Shown here: in pieces, positions 1 through 10,139 of the stretch
Numbering within the stretch: position 1 is the first letter of the stretch
Layout: each line of letters begins with the position of its first letter
From: Eledone cirrhosa
Taxonomy: Eukaryota
DNA length: 64,000 nt
Direction of reading: 5' to 3'
Assembly: GCA_964016885.1 (NCBI GenBank)
Contig: OZ024743.1
Location: forward strand, 58,900,001-58,964,000
Made by a program: the position numbers and the translations under genes
The notes under the pieces: model-generated
Seen by the model: the letters and a program-made list of their open reading frames with translations, nothing else
Database searches by the model: none
What the model was told of the DNA's origin: nothing

Positions 1-430
1 GGTGGTTGTCGCGGTGGTGGTGGTGGTGGAGGCTTTAACACCCGCAGTCATTGGTAATGGCGGGAAATGAATGTCTGCCTGAGACAAATTTAAAATATTG
101 CTACTGCTTATATTTTTTTTTTGTGTTGGCAAACGTAGTAACATTTACAATGGTGGTGTCGGTGTGAGGTGTTATTTTGTGAGGAAGGCTTTCAGCTGCT
201 TCGTGCAGAGGGGAATTAGCCATTTTTTTCAAAGAAATTTTTGGATAATAATAGAAGTTAAAATTTTGGGCACAAGGACCCAATCTTTTAGGGTGTCCTT
301 TTCGGAAAACAATGTATGTGTGCTTATAAACAGTTAACAATAAAATTTTCCATAAATGGCAATTTTTAACAAACGGAAATAACAAACCTTTGCGGAGCTC
401 ACGATGATACGATTTGCTACGTAGGTCGCC
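1..430 (-). mobile_element. 5' end (5'UTR + ORF1 start) of a putative L1/Tx1-type LINE, running off the window to the left
   Basis: Abuts (AAT)n at 431. Shares AACAAAC..GAGCTCACGAT-x-TAC (381-410) with the 5' end of the element at 13050-14390. Minus-strand ATG at 223 (MANSPLHEAAES) is followed by Thr-rich sequence, as in that element's ORF1. Confidence 0.55.

Positions 431-465
<35 letters not shown>
431..465. repeat. (AAT)n microsatellite; further tracts at 2906-2968, 5062-5093, 7947-7967, 9244-9256, 9796-9814, 14391-14411
   Basis: Directly visible; each tract lies at an element boundary. Confidence 0.95.
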
Positions 466-467
<2 letters not shown>

Positions 468-2905
468 CTGGTTGGACAGCTTGAGGGGAAAGAAAGAGGC
501 AACGACTTGATCTCTGGGACGGAGCAAACTAAAACATTCTGGAGAGGAATATGGGAGCAGGATGTTAGACATAATGTCCAGGCAGGGTGGATTGAGAGAG
601 TACAGAGGGAGATCGGTGAGCAGGCACACCAACAAACTCATTTGAGTATCACAGTTGAAACTCTTAAGGGGCAGGCCAAAAAACTAACCAACTGGAAATC
701 ACCAGGCCCGGATGGTGTGCAGGGGTATTGGATTAAAAGTTTAACATCCCTCCACCCGAAGCTGACGGCCATGTTCAATGACTGCTTGGTGTCGGGTGAG
801 GTGCCAGAGTGGTTGACAAAAGGTACCACAGTTCTGATAATGAAAGACCGAATCAAGGGTAATGATGTTACCAACTATAGACCTATCACATGTCTGTCCG
901 TAATGTGGAAACTGTTGACGAGCATTGTGTCTGAGGAAATCTACCATCACCTCCACACAAACAACTTGTTGCCGGACGAACAGAAAGGATGCCGAAAGAA
1001 GTCACGTGGTACAAAGGACCAGTTACTTATTGATAAGATGGTAATGGGGAATTGCAGGAGGAGACACACTGATCTTGCCATGGGATGGATAGACTACAGA
1101 AAGGCATTTGACATGGTGCCTCATTCTTGGATCACCAAAAGCCTGGAGATCTTCAGGGTGGCAGATAACATCAGACAGTTGCTGGGCAGGAGTATGGGGT
1201 CCTGGGAGACAGAGTTGACATCAACTGGAGTATCCTTGGGAAGCGTGAAGATCAATAGAGGTATCTTCCAGGGAGATAGCCTGTCCCCTCTGTTGTTTGT
1301 CCTTGCCCTGATGCTCTTGACCATTATGCTGCGAAAAGTGAGAGCAGGATACAAGTTGGGAAAGGGAGAGCTTACCATCAATCACCTCCTCTTCATGGAC
1401 GATCTTAAGCTCTTCGGGAAAAGTGAGAAGGAGTTGGATGTGCTTGTTGACACTGTCCGTATTTTCAGCAGTGATATATGTATGCAGTTTGGTATTAGTA
1501 AATGTGGAGTCATTGTGATGAGGAGGGGTAGGTTGAGCAGAAGTAACGGGATCCAGATACCAACAGGTGAGATGATAAAGGAAATTGACTCTGAGGAAGG
1601 ATACAAGTATTTGGGCGTTCTGGAGGCTGATGGCATAAAGAACAAAAAAGTGAAGGAATTGTTAAGAACTGAATACATTCGGAGAGTAAGGAGCGTATTG
1701 AAGTCACATCTGAACAGCAGAAATGCCATAAGTGCAGTAAATTCCCGAGCTGTGTCTATTATTAAGTACAGTGCGGGAATTCTGAGATGGAATGTTGCTG
1801 AACAAAAAGAAATGGATAGGAAGACTAGGAAGCTATTGACTATCTACAACATGTTCCACAGGAGGAGTTATGTCGATAGACTCTACCTAAGGAGATCTGA
1901 GGGTGGAAGAGGTCTTATCAGCATAGAGGACTGTGTTCAGATGGAGAAAAACAACCTATACAAATACGTGACCTATAGTAAGAAGCCAATGCTCAGAACC
2001 GTACTGAAGGAGGGGACAGTAGGCCAGGGGATGTCCAAGGAGGAAATAACATCAAGGAGGAAGAGCAGCCTTCAGGGAAAATCCCTTCATAGTACCTTCT
2101 TTGAGAAAACTGAATTTAGAGATCCACAGACATGGAACTGGTTGAGAAGAGGAGACCTCAAAAAGGCTACAGAAGGAATGCTAATGGCTGCGCAGGAGTA
2201 GGCCCTCAAAACGAAGTGGTTGAAGCACCATATTTACAAGGAGGAGGCTAGCCCACTGTACAGGATCTGTGGAGAGAGAGAGGAGACTGTGGCTCACATT
2301 GTATCCGAGTGTAAACACCTAGCCCAGACCCACTATAAGGGCTGGAGACACGATGTGATGGGCAGGGTGATCCACTGGCACCTGTGCAAAGTAAACAATT
2401 TACCACATTCTGAGAAATGGTATGAGCATAGGCCAGAGGCGGTGATGGAGAACAATCAGGTGAAGGTGCTGTGGGATTTTAGGATACAGACGGACAAAAA
2501 ACTGGAACACAATAGGCCTAACCTGGTGGTTGTGGACAAAGAAAAAAGATCGTGTCTGATTGTGGATGTGGCCTGCCCTTTCGACACGAGAGTGCAAGAG
2601 AAGGAGAGGGAGAAAATTAACCGATACCAGGACCTAAAGTGGGAGGTGAAAAGGATTTGGAACTGCCATGAAATCAAAGTGATCCCGATTGTCATAGGCG
2701 CACTGGGGACTATCTCCAAAAGTTTCCAGGGATGGTTAAAGAAAATCGGCCCTTTCACGCTTTTTCGAACGCTTCAAAAGGCATGCTTGCTTGGAACAGC
2801 AAGAACCCTCCGATACGTCCTGAATATCTGAGGCTGCAGGTAGTGGCTTGATATTCATTCCAACGGACTTTCCAGTTAACCAACATCAATGACTGATATT
2901 CAAGG
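466..2905 (+). mobile_element. R4/Dong-clade non-LTR retrotransposon (family A, copy 1), 5'-truncated, premature stop at 2199-2201
   Basis: RT motifs WKSPGPDG, NYRPITCL, EQKGC, WIDYRKAFDMV, GIFQGDSLSP, HLLFMDDLKL. Zinc knuckle (Y/C)RICGEREETVAHIVSEC, RHD, RLE motif RP(N/D)LVV..DVACPFD..EKINRY. Stop at 2831, 74-nt 3'UTR, then (AAT)n. CAG>TAG relative to copy 2. Confidence 0.9.
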
Positions 2906-2914
2906 AATAACAAC

Positions 2915-2965
<51 letters not shown>

Positions 2966-2970
<5 letters not shown>

Positions 2971-5060
2971 CTGCTTGATGTCAGGTGAGGTACCAGAGTG
3001 GTTTACAAAAGGTACCACAGTTCTGATAATGAAAGACCGAATCAAGGGTAATGATGTTACCAACTATAGACCTATCACATGTATGTCCGTAATGTGGAAA
3101 CTGTTGACGAGCATTGTGTCTGAGGAAATCTACCATCACCTCCACACAAACAACTTGTTACTGGATGAACAGAAAGGATGCCGAAAGAAGTCACGTGGTA
3201 CAAAGGACCAGTTACTTATTGATAAGATGGTAATGGGGAATTCCAGGAGGAGACACACTGATCTTGCATGGCATGGATAGACTACAGAAAGGCATCTGAC
3301 ATGGTGCCTCATTCTTGGATCACCAAAAGCCGGGAGATCTTCAAGGTGGCAGATAACATCAGACAGTTGTTGGGCAAGAGTATGAGGTCCTGGGAAATAG
3401 AGTTGACATCAACTGGAGAATACTTGGGAAGCGTGAAGATCAAGAGAGGTATCTTCCAGGGAGATAGCCTGTCCCCCCTGTTGTTTGTCCTTGCCCTGAT
3501 GCCCCTGACCAGTGCACTGCGAAAAGTGAGAGCAGGATACAGGTTGGGAAAGGGAGGGCTTACCATCAATCACCTCCTCTTCATGGACGATGTTAAGCTC
3601 TTCGGGAAGAGTGAGAAGGAGTTGGATGTGCTTGTTGACACTGTCCGTATTTTCAGCAGTGATATATGTATGCAGTTTGGTATTAGTAAGTGTGGAGTCA
3701 TTGTGATTAGGAGGGGTAGGTTGAGCAGAAGTAACGGAATCCAGATAACAACAGGTGAGATGATAAAGGAAATTGACTCTGAGGAAGGATACAAGTATTT
3801 GGGCGTTCTGGAGGCTGATGGCATAAAGAACAAAAAAATGAAGGAATTGTTAAGAACTGAATACATTCGGAGAGTAAGGAGCGTATTGAAGTCACATCTG
3901 AACAGCAGAAATGCCATAAGCGCAGTACATTCCCGAGCTGTGTCTATTATTAGGTACAGTGCGGGAATTCTGAGATGGAATGTTGCTGAACAAAAAGAAA
4001 TTGATAGGAAGACTAGGAAGCTATTGACTATCTACAACATGTTCCACAAGAGGAGTGATGTCGATAGACTCTACCTAAGGAGATCTGAGGGTGGAAGAGG
4101 TCTTATCAGCACAGAGGACTGTGTTCAGATGGAGAAAAACAACCTACACAAATACGTGACTGATAGTAAGGAGCCAATGCTCAGAACTGTACTGAAGGAG
4201 GGGACAATAGGCCAGAGGAAGAGAAAGAGCAGCCTTCAGGAAAAATCCCTTCATAGTACCTTCTTTTAGAAAACTGAATTTAGAGATCCACAGACATGGA
4301 ACTGGTTGAGAAGAGGAGACCTTAAAAAGGCTACAGAAGGAATGTTAATGGCTGCGCAGGAGCAGGCCCTCAAAACGAAGTGGTTGAAACACCATATTTA
4401 CAAGGAGGAGGCTAGCCCACTGTGCAGGATCTGTGGAGAGAGAGAGGAGACTGTGGCTCACATTGTATCCGAGTGTAAACACCTAGCCCAGACCCACTAT
4501 AAGGGCTGGAGACATGATGTGATGGGCAGGGTGATCCACTGTCATTTGTGCAAAGTAAACAATTTACCACATTCTGAGAAATGGTACGAGCATAAGCCAG
4601 AGGCGGTGATGGAGAACGATCAGGTGAAGGTGCTGTGGGATTTTAGGATACGGACGGACAAGAAACTGGAACACAATAGACCTGACCTGGTGGTTGTGGA
4701 CAAAGAAAAAAGATCGTGTCTGATTGTGGATGTGGCCTGCCCATTCGACACGAGAGTGCAAGAGGGAGAAAATTAACCGATACCAGGACTTAAAGTGGCA
4801 GGTAAAAAGGATTTGGAACTGCCATGAAGTCAAAGTGATCCCGATTGTCATAGGCGCACTGGGGACTCTCTCCAAAACTTTCCAGGGATGGTTAAAGAAA
4901 ATCGGCCCCTTCACGCTTTTTCGAACGCTTCAAAAGGCATGCTTGCTGGGAACAGCAAGAACCCTCCGATACGTCCTGAATATCTGAGGCTGCAGGTAGT
5001 GGCTTGATATTCATTCCAACGGACTTTCCAGTTAACTAACATCAATGATTGAGATTCATG

Positions 5061-5061
<1 letters not shown>
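2966..5061 (+). mobile_element. R4/Dong-clade element (family A, copy 2), more deeply 5'-truncated, frameshifted
   Basis: Near-identical to copy 1 from its position ~776 onward. ORF pieces 2975-3280, 3268-4269, 4306-4776, 4724-4987. Same 3'UTR ending in (AAT)n. Confidence 0.9.
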
Positions 5062-5091
<30 letters not shown>

Positions 5092-5094
<3 letters not shown>

Positions 5095-7946
5095 CTTCTC
5101 CGATCTGACATAGAAATTTTAACAAACTATAAAGTAGGTGAACATGTTAAACAAACTAAACTTAGAAAATTGAAAAAAAAGTACAGTATAAGATCAACAT
5201 GTGACATAGACATGCTGATAGAAACAATCAAGCAAAAAGTGTCGGCCAAAGCTGCTCGTATAAGGCGCTTTGAAAAACGATCTAGATTCTATAAGGACAA
5301 TAATATGTTCAAAAACAACCAAAGAAACTTCTACAGAAAAATTGGTAAGTCAACAATAACTGCTAAATCAATACCACCCAAGGAGGAAGTGCAAGAATTC
5401 TGGGAAAAGATCTGGGCCGAAGAAAAAGTTCATAACATACATGCCCCATGGATAGACAGACAAATGAAAGAAACAGCTCACCTTGAAGAACAAACATGGG
5501 AAAATATAACAGTTGAACAGCTGCGCTTGGCTCTAAGAAAAACCAGCAAATGGAAATCCCCAGGAAAAGACAAAATACAAAACTTTTGGATAAATGCCTT
5601 CACAGAGTCTCATGGGCTGTTAGCCCAACTTTACAATGAAATAGTTAAGGAGCCAGAAAAGATACCATCATGGCTAGTTAACGGCATTACATTCCTGCTA
5701 CCGAAGAATGATGAGACAAACAATCCCAAAAATTACAGACCGATAACCTGCTTGACCACAATGTATAAAATTTTAACATCAGTCCTAACTGAATACACAT
5801 ATGACCACCTGATAACAAATGACCTATTTCCCATTGAGCAGAAAGGGTGTAAACGAGGCTCATATGGCTGTAAGGATCTGCTTCTGGTTAACAAAATGAT
5901 ACTGGAAGATTGTCATAATAGACACAAAAATCTATCGATTGCTTGGATAGATTATAAAAAAGCATTTGATAGTTTGCCACACAGTTGGATTGAAAAATGT
6001 TTAGAGATTTTCAAAATATCCCCCGTTGTCAGGAGGTTTTTGTCATTCAGTATGAGGACATGGAGAACGACACTCCTTTTGAATAGTGAAACAAAATCAC
6101 TGGAAGCTGGAGAAGTTAACATTAATTGTGGAATTTTTCAGGGTGACTCTTTATCACCGCTTTTATTCTGCATCGCACTTATACCATTAAGTAAAATGCT
6201 CAATGAAACAAAACATGGATATAGAGTCTATGACAAAACCATTAATCACCTGTTCTACATGGATGACCTGAAACTATTTGCAAAAAATGATGAACAATTG
6301 CAAGGGCTATTATCCACTGTGAAGCAGTTCAGTGATGACATTAAAATGGAGTTTGGACTGGATAAATGCGCCAAAGCAACGTTCACCAGAGGAAAGCTGC
6401 TGAAGAGTTCAGACATTAATCTTGATCGGAGGAACGTGATAAGAGAGCTTGATCAAGAACAAACTTACAAATATCTAGGTGTTTGTGAAGGAGACGGAAT
6501 CAAGCACTCGACAATGAGGGAAAGGATAAGGAAGGAATGTTACCGCAGAGTCAGAGCAATCTTAAGAACGGAATTGAATGCAAGGAATAGGATCGATGCC
6601 ATAAACACGCTTGCCATACCAGTAGTAACCTACAGTTACAATGTCATCAACTGGTCAAGCACAGAGATCCGTAGGCTCGATACAAAAATCCGAAAATTCT
6701 TAACCATGCACAGAATGCATCACCCTAAGGCAGACATAGATAGAATATATCTCCCTAGGAAAGAAGGAGGACGTGGGTTAATCCAGTTAGACATTGCGTT
6801 GAAAACTGCAACAATTGGATTATCCACATATCTAAGGGAATCAAATGATTGGATGATCAAACTCGTTTTGAAACACGAAAGCACCAAAAGATCATATTCC
6901 ATTACAAAAGATGCACAAAGATACAGTAATGGACTACAAATTTCAGAAGTCCCATTTACTGCTGAAATGGAAAACACAGAAAAAGCAAAGCAGGTAAAAG
7001 TAACTGCAAAGAAAGAACTGCTACAGAAACTGGCTAAGAAATGGCAAGAAAAGCCTCTGTATGGAAAATACCCAGAGCGAGCTAACAATCCTGATGTTGA
7101 CAAAACTTTAACCCATCAGTGGTTGGCATCCTCTGGACTGAAATCGGAGACTGAAGGACTGATTATATCCGCACAAGATCAGTGTCTGCCAACAAAAAAT
7201 TACCAAGCCAACATAATAAAAAATGGGTGCAGCCCATTATGCCGTGTATGCAAAAAACAACCAGAGACCATTGACCATATAATCTCAATGTGCAGTCCTA
7301 TAGCTCCAACCGAATACCTAAACAGGCATGACAGAGCTGCACAATACATACATTGGATAATGTGTAAGCATTTTGACCTGCCCCATCAAAAGAATTGGTG
7401 GGAGCATCAACCACCTCCCATACTTGAAAAAGATCACATCTCAATCTTGTGGAACTTTAGCATCCAAACAGACCGAAAAATAGATGCAAATAGACCTGAT
7501 ATAATATTGAAGGACTTTCAAAGGAGGGTATGCCTGCTAATTGATATGTCTGTTCCAATAGACAAGAATGTATCTATAAAAACATTTGAAAAATTGAGCA
7601 AGTATAAGGACCTGGAGATAGAAATTGGAAAAATGTGGAAATTGAGAACTAAAACAATACCAGTGGTTGTAGGCGCTCTGGGAATGATACCTAAGGGGTC
7701 TAACGACTACTTATCGCAAATCCCAGGAAACCCGCGTATAGGAGAAATACAAAAGATAGTACTAATGGGAACTGCCCATATACTAAGGAAGATCCTGTCA
7801 ATATAAGTACATCACAAGTCTAAACACTAACGATGCATGTGTGAATATGTGTGTTCTTTCTTGGACATGGCGGACCTTGTTGTCTCTTGAGGTCACTGGT
7901 TGTGACTTGGTGATAACTCGTATAAACATAAAGCAAGATAAATGCA
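5092..7946 (+). mobile_element. R4/Dong-clade element (family B), 5'-truncated but with an uninterrupted ORF
   Basis: Same domain order as family A but divergent nucleotide sequence. ~140-nt 3'UTR ends in (AAT)n; flanked by AAT on both sides. Confidence 0.9.
5170..7806 (+). CDS. RT + CCHC zinc knuckle + restriction-like endonuclease polyprotein (878 aa; frame open back to the AAT tract, native N-terminus missing)
   Basis: GIFQGDSLSP, HLFYMDDLKL, CRVCKKQPETIDHIISMC, RHD, RPDIIL..IDMSVPID..EKLSKY, C-terminal GTAHILRKIL. Confidence 0.88.
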   Translation: MKKKYSIRSTCDIDMLIETIKQKVSAKAARIRRFEKRSRFYKDNNMFKNNQRNFYRKIGKSTITAKSIPPKEEVQEFWEKIWAEEKVHNIHAPWIDRQMKETAHLEEQTWENITVEQLRLALRKTSKWKSPGKDKIQNFWINAFTESHGLLAQLYNEIVKEPEKIPSWLVNGITFLLPKNDETNNPKNYRPITCLTTMYKILTSVLTEYTYDHLITNDLFPIEQKGCKRGSYGCKDLLLVNKMILEDCHNRHKNLSIAWIDYKKAFDSLPHSWIEKCLEIFKISPVVRRFLSFSMRTWRTTLLLNSETKSLEAGEVNINCGIFQGDSLSPLLFCIALIPLSKMLNETKHGYRVYDKTINHLFYMDDLKLFAKNDEQLQGLLSTVKQFSDDIKMEFGLDKCAKATFTRGKLLKSSDINLDRRNVIRELDQEQTYKYLGVCEGDGIKHSTMRERIRKECYRRVRAILRTELNARNRIDAINTLAIPVVTYSYNVINWSSTEIRRLDTKIRKFLTMHRMHHPKADIDRIYLPRKEGGRGLIQLDIALKTATIGLSTYLRESNDWMIKLVLKHESTKRSYSITKDAQRYSNGLQISEVPFTAEMENTEKAKQVKVTAKKELLQKLAKKWQEKPLYGKYPERANNPDVDKTLTHQWLASSGLKSETEGLIISAQDQCLPTKNYQANIIKNGCSPLCRVCKKQPETIDHIISMCSPIAPTEYLNRHDRAAQYIHWIMCKHFDLPHQKNWWEHQPPPILEKDHISILWNFSIQTDRKIDANRPDIILKDFQRRVCLLIDMSVPIDKNVSIKTFEKLSKYKDLEIEIGKMWKLRTKTIPVVVGALGMIPKGSNDYLSQIPGNPRIGEIQKIVLMGTAHILRKILSI

Positions 7947-7967
7947 AATAATAATAATAATAATAAT

Positions 7968-9243
7968 ACTTTCTTTATTAACCACAGGGGTTTACATAAA
8001 GTAGACATTAAAGACAGTACAGGACAAGACAGAACGGTACAAATGGGCATTTCTGCGTGTAAAAAAAAAAAAAACAGGATGTAACAAAAAATAACAATGA
8101 AACATTCCCCAATACGGGGAGATTCCCGAAGTACATTCGCGGGGAAAGCCCATTAAAAAGCCCCAGTGACCCTGACCACCAGGGCAAGTACCCTCTCCCA
8201 GTTTTTACCTTTAATTTACAGACACATACTCAGAGTAGACCCATTCACTCGGGCCATTCTTGCCTCTCTCACACATCTTTCAACGAAATGCTGGGAAGAG
8301 AACACTTCCCTCTCTACCCTGATTTTCATTTTCAAATGAAATTTGAAAAGGTTAATCACGGCATCACCGAAGGGGTAAGTGCTCGTCTTCAGCCTTTTCA
8401 AACATGTCCACCATACTATCTCTTTCGCCATGGTCACCAGACAGATAAAAACTGCCTGCCCTTCCCGGCTAAAGGAAAGGGGGCGGGGCAATCCTCACGA
8501 TGGACTCAGCTGATAGCTGGATCCGTCCTACACCCGACAGCAGGTGTTCGACATAAACCGACAAGTCAGCAATGATCGGACACTGGTCGAGTGCGTGCAG
8601 AACGGGTTCGTCGCCCTGCGCGCATCTCGGACATACCCGGCTGACGGCACCTCCATGCTTGTAGAGTTTATCCCGAACTGGCAAACGCCTCGGTATCACT
8701 GCCAGGCCAGGGATTACTGGAAGTTGTCCATAGGCCCCGGCCCGAAAGTTCTTCCGAAGTGATTGGCTAGTCGATTTTCGTCGACGCCTAGATTTTCCCC
8801 AAGTACGTCGTCGTTCTTCCCCTCCACTAATCCTCTATAGAACGCCAAGGTGGAGTTTCCACCGATCACATTGCCCGATTGGTCGGGGGCTGTGAGCGCC
8901 TGAAGACATTCTAGTCTCCAAGCGCTCCCTCTCGGTCTTCGCTTGACCCAGGACTGCAGAACCGTCAAGGAGACGAGCTGGGGAAAGACGCGTCTAGCAA
9001 ACGGCGACCACACTTGATCACCGTCGAGGAAGAGGTGGAGATGTCGTAGCCTGAGCGCGTGTCTGCGCATCATCAGCCACGGCATTCCAAGCCCTCCACG
9101 TAGCGGGTGTTGACAGCAGAAGGACCGCCTGACCATTGGAGCGCGTCCCTTCCACAAAAAGCGAAAGAGAAAACGCTCCTGCGCAGTCAGGCGGGGCTTA
9201 GGACAAGGTACGGCGGTCAGGCTGTATTAGATGACGGACGCGA
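7968..9243 (-). mobile_element. 5'-truncated L1/Tx1-type LINE (ORF2 C-terminus + 3'UTR), frameshifted
   Basis: Minus ORFs 8714-9157 (RGGLGMP), 8469-8699 (LPVRDKL..CPRC..EPVLHALDQC, zf-RVT-like) and 8216-8491. The 3' end reads ...CCCCTGTGGTTAATAAAGAAAGT into (ATT)n; the 5' break is also at AAT. Confidence 0.75.
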
Positions 9244-9812
9244 TAATAATAATAATTATAATGATGATTTTTTTACATATTTAAAACAATTGTGATAGAA
9301 TAAGTCTTATTACAAATGGAACATAAGATATCAGTCTTAACTCTCAGGAAGTGTCGATGCATCAAATTATGGCATAGGGCTCCAATATTTAATATTTAAT
9401 GTTGTACCAGAAATGTTTTAGTCAGAAAAGAAAATGGCTAGAAAACAACAGCCAAATAACTTCACCACCAACACCACCACCGCCACCGTCACTATCACCA
9501 TCACCACTATCACAAAAAAATCTAGCAAAATACAGACAAGCACTATCCCTACAGTACTGCTACCCCACCACCACCTCTACGACTGCATCATCGCTACCAC
9601 CACTATTCCCTCACCACTTAAGAGACGGGTGATGGTAGTGCCGCTACACATGAAAAGAAGCGAGCAAGGTATCAAAAGATATAAATAGACTGAGTTAGTG
9701 ACTCGGTCAAACAGCTAGCAACAACACCAAAATAATTATGTTGTATTTCTAAACTATCTCAAAATGTTTAGTTTAAACGATGTCAAATCTAAACTATAAT
9801 ATAATAATAATA

Positions 9813-9900
9813 ATTGTTTCTGCTTTTGGCACGAGAACAGCAATTGTCCCGATGTGTTGCTGGTGCTTTGTTTTGTCGGCCCCGTAAGGATGAAAGGGAA
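9813..9900 (-). mobile_element. Degenerate 3' fragment of the tRNA-derived SINE
   Basis: TTGTTTCTGCTTTTGGCAC...GTCGGCCCCGTAAGGATGAAAGG matches other copies; abuts (AAT)n. Confidence 0.7.
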
Positions 9901-10139
9901 AAACAAATTATAGAACAGAACACAGACAGAAGCAAACGCAACGACAAACACAAATGCCAAAAGTTTTGAACACAACAACCCCTACTTCCCTTAGCAGCAG
10001 CAGCAACAACAACACTAGTAACCGATGTTACTGGCCTTGAAAAACGAAAAATGCAAAGGAAAAAACAAACAAACCAGAAGAACTAAGTCAGACATTCAAA
10101 CATTACAATGAAACATGTTTATCTATTTATTTGTTTATT

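Noticed and set aside
2199-2201. Programmed read-through between RT and RLE
   Set aside because: Copy 2 has CAG at this position; it is a simple nonsense mutation.
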